A stretch of 64,000 nt of DNA from an uncultured cyanobacterium (GTDB taxonomy: Bacteria; Cyanobacteriota; Cyanobacteriia; Cyanobacteriales; CAWCAG01). A program made the position numbers and the translations under genes. Under the pieces are notes generated by a model. It saw only the letters and a program-made list of their open reading frames with translations. It searched no databases and was not told the DNA's origin. Below are positions 1 through 8,766 of the stretch, in pieces (position 1 is the first letter of the stretch; the number at the start of each line of letters is the position of its first letter). The stretch lies in the NCBI GenBank assembly GCA_963793425.1, contig CAWCAG010000007.1, positions 960,001 to 1,024,000 on the forward strand, given 5' to 3'.

Positions 1-756
1 ATTCGCTATTGGTTTGCGGCTGGTGGTGTTGATCCAGATACTGAAATCGATCTGTTGGCAGTACCACCTGCGGAAACTGTACAGGGAATGCGTAACGGCA
101 CAATGGATGCTTTTAGTACAGGAGATCCTTGGCCTTATCGTATTGTTGCTGATGATATTGGTCATATGGCAACATTGACCTCTCAGGTGTGGAAGTTTCA
201 TCCTGAAGAGTATTTAGCAATTCGCGCCGACTGGGTTGATGCCAACCCAAAAGCAACTAAAGCAATCTTAAAAGCAGTTATGGAAGCGCAACAATGGTGT
301 GATGATGATGCCAACCGAGAGGAATTAGTTGACATTGTTGCCCAGCGCAACTACTTTAATGTACCAGAAGATATCTTGATGCCTCCTTATCAAGGTAACT
401 ACAAAATGGGAGATAATCAACCAGCAATTGAAGATAAAATGAAGGGGCCATTGTATTGGAAAGACGGTCTTGGCAGCGTTTCTTATCCCTACAAAAGTCA
501 TGATCTTTGGTTTTTAACAGAAAGTATTCGTTGGGGTTTCCATAAGGAAGCAATTCCTGATATTGATACCGCCAGGAAGATTATTGATCGGGTTAATCGG
601 GAAGATTTATGGAAAGAAGCCGCCCAAGAAGCCGGCTTTACTGCTGATATTCCCGACGATACATCTAGGGGAGTTGAAACATTTTTTGATGGTAAAGAGT
701 TCGATCCTGAAGATCCTGAAGCTTATTTAGATAGTTTGGAAATTAAGAATATTTAG
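1..756 (+). CDS. cmpA: Bicarbonate ABC transporter (BCT1) substrate-binding protein, 5'-truncated by window edge
   Basis: Frame is open from base 1 ([13 protein letters not shown]...). GDPWPYRIV and [14 protein letters not shown] match CmpA (NrtA has GEPW). Confidence 0.85.
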   Translation: MRYWFAAGGVDPDTEIDLLAVPPAETVQGMRNGTMDAFSTGDPWPYRIVADDIGHMATLTSQVWKFHPEEYLAIRADWVDANPKATKAILKAVMEAQQWCDDDANREELVDIVAQRNYFNVPEDILMPPYQGNYKMGDNQPAIEDKMKGPLYWKDGLGSVSYPYKSHDLWFLTESIRWGFHKEAIPDIDTARKIIDRVNREDLWKEAAQEAGFTADIPDDTSRGVETFFDGKEFDPEDPEAYLDSLEIKNI

Positions 757-795
757 TTAGTTATTAATTATTAAAAGTAGTAAGGAAGGAAAATT

Positions 796-950
796 ATGGC
801 AGTAAGCACTTCAAAATCCCAGAGAATAAGAAAAAATCGGAACAGGAAAAACAGGTCATTGTCAGAGATCATCCTCAGTATTATAACCTGCGTAACTACG
901 CCCTAGATTTTCTTGACAATCGCTTTGCCCACGATGAAGACGCTGCTTGA
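796..950 (+). pseudogene. Deletion scar: presumed cmpB 5' end joined out of frame to a cmpD-type 3' end
   Basis: SD AAGGAAGG then ATG at 796 (MAVSTSKSQRIRKN...). Another frame ending at TGA 948-950 reads DHPQYYNLRNYALDFLDNRFAHDEDAA, the C-terminal signature of CmpD/NrtD ATPases. Confidence 0.7.
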
Positions 951-1015
951 TCTAAACCCAATAAAACAGCAAGCAAGATACAATACTCTATAGGATTTAA
1001 ACCAGACAAATATCT

Positions 1016-2878
1016 ATGAATGAAACTTTCAGTCTGACTATCTGGCTAGTGCCTTTATACGCCTTAACTGGGGCAGTGCTAGCTATTCCTTGGTCGCCTG
1101 GCATTATTCGTCAAACTGGGCCAAGACCATCGGGTTATTTTAATATTGTGATGACTCTGATTGCCTGTATTCACAGTTTGTTTGCTTTGTTAGAAACATG
1201 GCATCAACCTGCCCAATACCTCTCATTTCAGTGGCTTCATACTACGGATTTGAATATATCTTTTGATATTGAAATTTCCTCAATTACCATCGGCGCTTTA
1301 CTTTTAGTCACAGGCTTGAATTTGGTTGCTCAAATTTACGCCATTGGTTATATGGAAATGGATTGGGGTTGGGCGCGTTTTTATTCCTTACTCGCTTTGT
1401 TTGAGGCCGGGATATCTACCCTGGTTTTGTGCAATTCCCTTTTCTTCAGCTATGTAGTTTTAGAAATTCTTACTTTAGGGACTTATTTATTAATTGGCTT
1501 GTGGTTTAACCAATCTTTAGTAGTGACAGGGGCAAGGGATGCTTTTTTAACCAAACGGGTAGGGGATTTAATCCTGTTGATGGGGGTGGTTGCTTTATTA
1601 CCTTTAGCAGGGACTTGGAATTATACAGAGTTAGGTGAATGGGCAAAAACGACTACCATTGACCCCAATGTAGCGACTTTACTTTGCTTAGCATTAATTG
1701 CTGGGCCTTTAGGTAAATGCGCTCAATTTCCTTTGCATCTCTGGTTAGATGAGGCCATGGAAGGGCCAATGCCTGCTACTATTTTACGTAACACTATTGT
1801 CGTTTCTACGGGTGCTTGGGTTTTAATTAAATTGCAACCAGTGTTGGCGTTATCTCCTGTAGCTTTAACAGTGATGATTGCCATTGGTGCTGTAACGGCA
1901 ATCGGTGCATCTTTAATTGCGATCGCCCAAATAGATATTAAACGTTCTCTTTCTTATTCTGTTAGTGCCTACATGGGTTTAGTTTTTATTGCCGTGGGGA
2001 CACAGCAGGATGCAACCGCTTTAAGATTGCTATTTACCTACGGAATTGCTATGTCCCTATTAGTAATGAGTGTAGGTGGGGTGGTTTTAAACACCATCAC
2101 CCAAGATTTAACCCAATATGGCGGTTTATGGTCACGTCGTCCTATCTCTGGCTTTTGTTACCTAGTTGGTGCAGCCTCTATGGTTGCTTTTCCTCCTTTG
2201 GGCTGTTTTTGGACATTAACCGAAATGGCAGACAATCTCTGGAATATCCACCCTTTGTTGTTAGGGATATTGATTGTCGTCAATGGCTTAACAGCCTTTA
2301 GTCTCACTCGCCAATTTAGCCTCATTTTCGGTGGCAAACCGAAACAGATGACAGTTCGTTCTCCCGAAGGCTTATGGGCATTGGTTTTACCTATGATGTT
2401 CGGTATGGGATTCGCTTTGCACGTACCTCTTTTGCTGGAAAAATGGAACTTATTACCAGAATGGGAAAATCTTAACTTAACGGCTGCAAATCCTTTAATT
2501 ATCTCAACTTTAGTGGGTGCGGGGGCATCAGCTTTTATCTATCTTAGTGACAACATTGCTAAACCCATTGTCTTAAAACCAAAAGCCATTCAAGACTTTT
2601 TTGCTTACGACTTGTATACCGCCCAAACTTATCGCGTCACTATTGTTTTTGTCGTAGGTTTAGTTTCTCAAATTGTCTATTGGTTTGATTGTTACTTAGT
2701 TGATGGAATAATTAACTTAGTTGGCTTAGCAACTGTTTTCAGTGGTGAAAGTTTGAAATACAACGTTTCTGGACAAGCCCAATTTTATTTCTTATCGATT
2801 TTATTAGGAGTGTTTTTATTGGTTGGGGTAGTTTGTTGGCCCTTTCTCTCGCAAATGTCGTTGGTTCTTTCACCATAA
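1016..2878 (+). CDS. ndhF3: NDH-1MS (CO2 uptake) subunit F3
   Basis: 620-aa hydrophobic NuoL-like protein; PWSPGIIRQTGPRP and GKCAQFPLHLWLDEAMEGP motifs. Confidence 0.88.
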   Translation: MNETFSLTIWLVPLYALTGAVLAIPWSPGIIRQTGPRPSGYFNIVMTLIACIHSLFALLETWHQPAQYLSFQWLHTTDLNISFDIEISSITIGALLLVTGLNLVAQIYAIGYMEMDWGWARFYSLLALFEAGISTLVLCNSLFFSYVVLEILTLGTYLLIGLWFNQSLVVTGARDAFLTKRVGDLILLMGVVALLPLAGTWNYTELGEWAKTTTIDPNVATLLCLALIAGPLGKCAQFPLHLWLDEAMEGPMPATILRNTIVVSTGAWVLIKLQPVLALSPVALTVMIAIGAVTAIGASLIAIAQIDIKRSLSYSVSAYMGLVFIAVGTQQDATALRLLFTYGIAMSLLVMSVGGVVLNTITQDLTQYGGLWSRRPISGFCYLVGAASMVAFPPLGCFWTLTEMADNLWNIHPLLLGILIVVNGLTAFSLTRQFSLIFGGKPKQMTVRSPEGLWALVLPMMFGMGFALHVPLLLEKWNLLPEWENLNLTAANPLIISTLVGAGASAFIYLSDNIAKPIVLKPKAIQDFFAYDLYTAQTYRVTIVFVVGLVSQIVYWFDCYLVDGIINLVGLATVFSGESLKYNVSGQAQFYFLSILLGVFLLVGVVCWPFLSQMSLVLSP

Positions 2879-2938
2879 CCAATCTTCTTGACAAAGATGT
2901 TGTTGTGAATTTTTCAATTAATAAAAAATCAATTAATA

Positions 2939-4453
2939 ATGCTTAGTTTTCTGCTTCTTATCCCTGTAATTGGAGCGACTGTTCTTGGTTTCTTACCAGG
3001 AAAAATTGAATCAGGTCGCTTACGACAAATCACCACAGTTTTCGCTGCAATCGCTTTTGCTTGGTCTATCTGGCTATTAACTCAGTTCGATTTAGGTAAC
3101 GCTGCATGGCAATTTTCTGAATATTTACCTTGGGCTAAACAAATTGGCTTAAGTTATAGTTTGGCAGTTGATGGTTTATCCTTGCCTCTGTTGGTTTTAA
3201 ATGCTTTACTCACCATTATTGCTATTTATAGTATTGGTGAAAATGTTGAACGTCCCCGTCTTTATTACTCTTTAATTCTCTTAATTAATGCTGGCATAAC
3301 CGGGGCCTTAACCGCTCAAAACTTGTTATTGTTCATCATCTTCTATGAACTAGAATTAATCCCCTTCTATTTAATGATTGCCATTTGGGGAGGAGAAAAA
3401 AAAGGCTATGCGGCTATTAAATTCTTACTTTATACTGCCGTATCTGGGTTACTAGTTTTAGTGGCATTTTTAGGGATTGCTTTCCTCAGTGGTACAGCTA
3501 GTTTCGACTACGATACCATCACTACCCAAGGACTATCTTTAAATACCCAACTAGTTCTATTAACAATCCTCTTAATTGGCTTCAGTATCAAAATCCCTTT
3601 AGTACCCTTGCATACCTGGCTGCCTGATGCTTATACAGAAGCTTCTCCGGCTGTTACTATCCTTTTAGGAGGCGTTTTCGCTAAACTAGGAACCTATGGT
3701 TTAATTCGCTATGGTTTGCAGCTATTTCCTGATACTTGGTCAGTTGTGGCCCCCGGATTAGCGGTTATTGGTACGGTTAGTGTACTTTATGGGGCATTGA
3801 GTGCGATCGCCCAAAAAGATATTAAACGTATGGTAGCCTATAGTTCCATCGGTCACATGGGTTATATCTTAGTAGCTACAGCGGCTGGGACAAAATTAAG
3901 TATTCTGGGTGCAGTAGCACAAATGATCAGTCATGGTTTAATTTTGGCTTTACTTTTCCACTTAGTGGGTATAATAGAACGCAAAGTTGGCACTCGTGAC
4001 TTAGATGTTCTCAACGGTTTAATGAACCCTATTCGCGGTTTACCCCTCACAAGTGCTTTACTAATCACCGCAGGTATGGCAAGTGCTGGTATTCCTGGTT
4101 TAGTAGGGTTTGCTGCGGAATTTATTGTCTTTCAGGGTAGTTTTGCCACCTTCCCTATTCCTACCTTGCTTTGCATCATTGCCTCTGGCTTAACTGCGGT
4201 ATACTTTGTAATTCTGCTCAATCGTACCTGTTTCGGTAAATTAGACAATCAAAGAGCATATTATCCCACCGTATTACTTTCAGAAACTATTCCTGCTTTT
4301 GTTTTAACTTTAATAATTTTATTTCTCGGTGTCCAACCAAATTGGTTGTTACGTTGGATTGAACCTACCACAGATTTATTGGCAGTAGATATCCATCAAA
4401 CTGAACAAGTTGCTTTACAAAACCCACCAGCAATATTGTTCTCTGAAAAATAA
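2939..4453 (+). CDS. ndhD3: NDH-1MS subunit D3
   Basis: 504-aa NuoM-like protein; IKIPLVPLHTWLPDAY and GTRDLDVLNGLMNPIRGLP; follows ndhF3. Confidence 0.88.
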   Translation: MLSFLLLIPVIGATVLGFLPGKIESGRLRQITTVFAAIAFAWSIWLLTQFDLGNAAWQFSEYLPWAKQIGLSYSLAVDGLSLPLLVLNALLTIIAIYSIGENVERPRLYYSLILLINAGITGALTAQNLLLFIIFYELELIPFYLMIAIWGGEKKGYAAIKFLLYTAVSGLLVLVAFLGIAFLSGTASFDYDTITTQGLSLNTQLVLLTILLIGFSIKIPLVPLHTWLPDAYTEASPAVTILLGGVFAKLGTYGLIRYGLQLFPDTWSVVAPGLAVIGTVSVLYGALSAIAQKDIKRMVAYSSIGHMGYILVATAAGTKLSILGAVAQMISHGLILALLFHLVGIIERKVGTRDLDVLNGLMNPIRGLPLTSALLITAGMASAGIPGLVGFAAEFIVFQGSFATFPIPTLLCIIASGLTAVYFVILLNRTCFGKLDNQRAYYPTVLLSETIPAFVLTLIILFLGVQPNWLLRWIEPTTDLLAVDIHQTEQVALQNPPAILFSEK

Positions 4454-4470
4454 CAACTTTTGAGTTAAAT

Positions 4471-5145
4471 ATGTTTTCCAAACGTTTCTTGATAATCTCC
4501 AGTGTTACTTTAATTATTAGCTTAGCGATCGCAGGGGGCAACTTAACTGAGTTATACCAAACCAACGTAGCCCAAGCACAAACTCCTAGACCAGAAACAG
4601 AAGGTATTCGAGTTAACCGAGGGCGTAGGTATTCTAATCCTTTGCCTGATGTTCAAGGTAGCGTTGAGAATTATCAACCCAAGGTAGATTCCCAAGGACA
4701 GTTGGGTAACAATAACCTACCATTACAATTTCCTCTCGGAATCGCTGCCCCAACTACTGTACCTTTCGGTTGGGGTACGAATCCTACTACCAAAGCTAAT
4801 GAATTTAATACAGGTGCAGATTTACAAGCCCCCGTTGGTACTCCTGTGGTAGCAGCTTATCCTGGTACAGTAGCGATCGCAGATTATGAGGAGCAACTTG
4901 GTTTAACTGTGGTGTTGCGCCACGAGAAAGATAGTCAAGAGTCGCAATATGCCCACCTTGACAAAATCTTAATACAATCAGGGGAGCAAATAGAACAAGG
5001 GCAAGTGATTGGTTTGGTAGGGACTACAGGTAAAAGTAGTTTCCCTCATCTCCATTTTGAATGGCGACAATTAACTCCTAGTGGTTGGGTGGCTGTTGAT
5101 CCTACTACTGCTTTAGGGGGGGCAAGAAAGAGGTTAGGAGATTAA
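4471..5145 (+). CDS. Exported M23 family metallopeptidase-like protein
   Basis: Signal peptide; GTPVVAA, YAHL and PHLHFE motifs. The HxxxD motif reads NTGAD. Confidence 0.8.
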   Translation: MFSKRFLIISSVTLIISLAIAGGNLTELYQTNVAQAQTPRPETEGIRVNRGRRYSNPLPDVQGSVENYQPKVDSQGQLGNNNLPLQFPLGIAAPTTVPFGWGTNPTTKANEFNTGADLQAPVGTPVVAAYPGTVAIADYEEQLGLTVVLRHEKDSQESQYAHLDKILIQSGEQIEQGQVIGLVGTTGKSSFPHLHFEWRQLTPSGWVAVDPTTALGGARKRLGD

Positions 5146-5147
5146 TA

Positions 5148-5909
5148 TCAGTCCCCGACATCCCTTAAAAGTTCTGCCCAGCCAGATTTCATATTCCTTT
5201 TCGGACTTCTGCCGGCCCCAGGCTGGTAAATCCAGCCTTGAAAATCAATCTTTAATTTTCGCAAATCATCGGCTACGGTTTTACCAATAATCCAAACCTT
5301 AGCTTGGGGAAAGCGAGATAATAAATCAGCACCATAATCTGACCACCACAAGCGATGTAGGGCAGATTTTATCTGGTTAGAAACGCGCTTACCTCCAGGT
5401 ACATACATCCCATGAATAGAAGCATCTATCACCCAAACTCCCTTAGCTTGCATTTCCCTTAAAGTGCCAACCTTCCACTCTAAGCGATCGCTAACAGAAA
5501 CCCCTTCAGTTTTTCGCGGTTGCTTTCCCCTAGCTGTTAGCTTACCAAACAAATCCCAAAACTGTCTTGTCCCTGCATTCCTTTGGGTTGTCTCCCCCGA
5601 TAATAATTCTGGTTCCCCATAGCCTAAGCAATAAATTAAGCGCACAAACTCTTCAGGACTATGTTGGGCTGCGGCTGGCAAGGATTTTTTTTGTACCGTC
5701 AAACTAAAATCCTGAACAGAAGTATAAATATGAGACTCTGCAATTAAGATTACCGAAGTATTCTCCGGTTGCCAAGCCCAGCGGTGGCTTTCTACAGCTA
5801 AAGCTACTTGAGGTAATTCTGGTTCAAACCCAGCTTCGTCAAGCAATTTAGCTCCCTTGCTTTGGCTAATTTTAATTTTCTCTTCTACCCAAACAGGAAG
5901 CTGGGACAT
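5148..5909 (-). CDS. Hypothetical protein, possibly uracil-DNA-glycosylase-like fold
   Basis: 253-aa intact ORF. VILIAESH resembles UDG-superfamily motif A; the fold call is weak. Confidence 0.55.
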   Translation of the reverse strand: MSQLPVWVEEKIKISQSKGAKLLDEAGFEPELPQVALAVESHRWAWQPENTSVILIAESHIYTSVQDFSLTVQKKSLPAAAQHSPEEFVRLIYCLGYGEPELLSGETTQRNAGTRQFWDLFGKLTARGKQPRKTEGVSVSDRLEWKVGTLREMQAKGVWVIDASIHGMYVPGGKRVSNQIKSALHRLWWSDYGADLLSRFPQAKVWIIGKTVADDLRKLKIDFQGWIYQPGAGRSPKRNMKSGWAELLRDVGD

Positions 5910-5954
5910 AATACTCTTTTTTTGTGTTGGAGATATGGTGGTTGGAAAGGAGGA

Positions 5955-6032
5955 GTCGTAGTCTGCTAGTAAACGAGTTACCTGTTTTACTGTGTCTAGA
6001 CGGTTGAGGAGGTCGTAGCCGTAGTCAGTTGT
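5955..6032 (-). pseudogene. RHS/YD-repeat gene fragment
   Basis: Minus strand translates TTDYGYDLLNRLDTVKQVTRLLADYD, a YD-repeat pattern (Y.YD..NRL); no start codon. Confidence 0.65.
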
Positions 6033-6131
6033 TCTTTTTGTGATTAGTGCATTAAGTGCTGAATAGAGTGTTTGGTGAGTTACTTGTTAGTTTTTGCAGC
6101 ACAAACGCACCCTATAATATCTGCGATCGCA

Positions 6132-6291
6132 CTAATTTTTTAGCTTGAGCAAGCAATCTTTAAGAACCTCTAAATACTTTTTAAAAACGAATAAATACTT
6201 TTTAAAAACGAATAGCTCCTCTTCATGAAAATTGTTATCTAATTATTTACAAAGGATTAGACACTCTTATTCAATTCAATCCTTTAATCAT
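6132..6291 (-). pseudogene. Remnant of small gene (putative immunity protein)
   Basis: ATG overlaps the TGA of the upstream toxin-like fragment (ATGA) and stops after 6 codons. A 3' frame reads LDNNFHEEELFVFKKYLFVFKKYLEVLKDCLLKLKN*. Confidence 0.4.
6171..6212. repeat. Perfect 21-bp tandem duplication
   Basis: TAAATACTTTTTAAAAACGAA x2. Confidence 0.95.
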
Positions 6292-6450
6292 AATCTACCA
6301 ACAGGGTAAGCCGTTTCTACGGTTTTTGTGTCTTGATCCAACCAAATTTCTACAATGTAACCTGATTCAGGGTCTTCTCCACGATACTTGATGCGTGTTC
6401 TTTCAGTAATTGGGTCAGTTTGCCGCACAAAGGTATTCGTTACCTGGCGT
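6288..6450 (-). pseudogene. C-terminal fragment of polymorphic-toxin-like nuclease domain
   Basis: Ends ...YRGEDPESGYIVEIWLDQDTKTVETAYPVGRL*, resembling EndoU-like toxin tips. The ORF's 5' part runs into simple repeats. Confidence 0.45.
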
Positions 6451-6532
6451 GCAATAAAGGGGTAAAGGGAAAGGGGAAACCCTTGTTTTCCCAACTACTC
6501 GCCCCCTACTCCCTACTTTTAACCTAGCATGA

Positions 6533-7747
6533 CTACCTACTACCTACTCCCTGTTCTAGTTGTGCTGTAGCTATTTTCAAATTAATCACCTTTTCACCAC
6601 GCTGGATTTTGAAAGGTAATTCTTTGTCTAGTCCGCTATTTTCTACAACGGTTTGCAACTGTCCTGCTTCAGTTATACGCTGGCGGTTAACTTCTAAAAT
6701 AACATCCCCAGCACGAATTCCACCTTGGGCCGCGGGGCTGTCGGGAATAACTCTAACTACCAAAACACCTTCAACCTCTGGGACAATGATACGAGAATTT
6801 GGATTTTTGTTATTCTCCTTCGCTGTTTCAGGGGTAAGAGTCACCATCTGCACTCCCACATAGGGATGAGCTACTTGCTTACCATCTGCTAAAACTTGGG
6901 AGAGAGACTTTGCTTTGTTGATAGGGATAGCAAAACCAATACCCATGGCATCAGGGCGAATAGCTGTGTTGATGCCAATAACTTCTCCTTGTTCATTTAA
7001 CAATGGTCCCCCGGAATTACCAGGGTTAATAGCAGCATCGGTTTGCAAGAAATCAATGCGCTTATCAAGGATGCCCACTTCTGAAGAAGAACGGTTTAAA
7101 GTACTAATAATCCCCAAAGTGACAGTATTGTCTAAACCAACAGGATTACCCACTGCGATCGCCCAATCTCCTACCTTAACTTGGTCAGAATCTCCTAGGG
7201 GGGCAACGGGCATATTGCCTTGAGGTTCAATTTTAACCACCGCCAAATCTGTAACGCTGTCAGTGCCTTTAACCACTCCTTCTACACGCCTACCGTCTTT
7301 CAGGGTGACGGTTACTTTATCTGCCTGACTAACGACATGGGCATTAGTAAGAATCGTCCCATTTTCATCAAAAATAAACCCAGATCCTTGCCCCCTTAAA
7401 GTTCTTTCTTGAGGGGCTTGTTGTCCAAAGCGATCACCAAAAAAGTCCCGGAAGAAAGGATCTTGTAACAAAGGATCTAAGCGCTGAGTCACAGTACGTT
7501 CTGTATCAATTCTAACTACTGCATCCCCTGTACGTTCTACGGCTGCTGAAACAAAGCTTCCACCAGGGCGAATAGCTGCTTTTGGTACTTGTGCAATTTC
7601 TTTAACTGTTTCTATTTTAGTGGCTGCGGGAATTAAGCTATTTTCCGTAGCATTGGGTGCTGCTACTGAAGATAGTACCCTAATTGTGCCGAAGGTCAAC
7701 ACGACACCAAGGAGAAGGGATAAAAAATGAGTTGTAAGTTTTCGCAT
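6533..7747 (-). CDS. hhoA: HtrA/DegP-family serine protease with PDZ domain
   Basis: LTNAHVV, TDLAVVKI and TDAAINPGNSGGPL triad motifs; single PDZ domain. Confidence 0.88.
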   Translation of the reverse strand: MRKLTTHFLSLLLGVVLTFGTIRVLSSVAAPNATENSLIPAATKIETVKEIAQVPKAAIRPGGSFVSAAVERTGDAVVRIDTERTVTQRLDPLLQDPFFRDFFGDRFGQQAPQERTLRGQGSGFIFDENGTILTNAHVVSQADKVTVTLKDGRRVEGVVKGTDSVTDLAVVKIEPQGNMPVAPLGDSDQVKVGDWAIAVGNPVGLDNTVTLGIISTLNRSSSEVGILDKRIDFLQTDAAINPGNSGGPLLNEQGEVIGINTAIRPDAMGIGFAIPINKAKSLSQVLADGKQVAHPYVGVQMVTLTPETAKENNKNPNSRIIVPEVEGVLVVRVIPDSPAAQGGIRAGDVILEVNRQRITEAGQLQTVVENSGLDKELPFKIQRGEKVINLKIATAQLEQGVGSR

Positions 7748-8118
7748 ATTATCAGTTATCAGTTTAGTCTACGACAACGGCTAACGCCGTATACTTATCA
7801 ATTATCAGTTGTCAACGAGTTGTTAACGGCAAAGCCTTACAATGATGCCTAGCGGCAACGGTAAGCTGAACAGTTGTAGAGGCGACTGGTTTTTTATGTG
7901 CTATTTGATCAATCAAAGCCTTAATTAAGTCGCCAGTCATTCAATTAAATTTAAGGCAATATCTTTACTTATATTTTGCCTTAGAAAAGTTGCTGTTAAC
8001 CGACCTTCTTCAGTAGGGTATGCCGAACCCATACCACTATTTTCACAATGCTTATTTGCTTAGGCAAAACTTGCCTTAAAAGTTTAAGTTTTTCGTCTCT
8101 AACTCTCAAAATCAAAAG

Positions 8119-8589
8119 TCACTCTAACTTAGTAATTTCAACTGTCGAATCACCCTTAAAATCATACACTTCAACCTCAGCATATGTTTCTATCCATAAT
8201 CTTGCCCCTCCATGCTTTGGTTTATTGGGGCTGTAAGTTAAATGACAGGGGCCGTAAATATCTACTTCGTGGCCACAATGGTTAGCTTTATTCTGTTTGA
8301 CACTAATCACAGTTTCTAACTCATTATTCTCTTCCCTTTTCCGATTACGACCAATTGCCCCTCCGTTGACATGAATAATTTTCACAGCGCCAACACGAGG
8401 TTGACACCAGCCAGGAGCCGGGCCTCTTGTACCACGGGAAATCTTCGGCTTGCCTTTATATAAAGGAATAGCCCAAAACTTACCAATTTTGTAAGCGCCT
8501 TGGATACGACGTTGATTTAGCAAATAGACGACTCGACGAGGAGTAATGTTTAAGATTTTGGCAGTTTTTCTGGTGTCAACGTATTGCAT
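8119..8589 (-). CDS. Excisionase-like HTH DNA-binding protein with conserved C-terminal domain
   Basis: Likely start MQYVDTRKTAKILNITPRRVVYLLNQRRIQGAYKIGKFWAIP (HTH_17-like); C-terminus YSPNKPKHGGARLWIET. Confidence 0.7.
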   Translation of the reverse strand: MQYVDTRKTAKILNITPRRVVYLLNQRRIQGAYKIGKFWAIPLYKGKPKISRGTRGPAPGWCQPRVGAVKIIHVNGGAIGRNRKREENNELETVISVKQNKANHCGHEVDIYGPCHLTYSPNKPKHGGARLWIETYAEVEVYDFKGDSTVEITKLE

Positions 8590-8709
8590 AAGAAAAGAGG
8601 TGAAAACAACCATTCCGCGATAGGAGCATATTAGCACGAATGAAAATTTGATGTTCTTTAACACCAAATCCGGTTAATAAAACTCTGGTCATAACAAGAG
8701 GGGTTGGTC

Positions 8710-8758
8710 AAAAAAATGACGGGGTTTGGCAGTAATTAACCTATGCCACCAAACCCCG
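8710..8758 (-). terminator. Intrinsic terminator downstream of TetR gene
   Basis: CGGGGTTTGG...CCAAACCCCG stem followed on the minus strand by T7. Confidence 0.6.
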
Positions 8759-8766
8759 ATCTAGTA

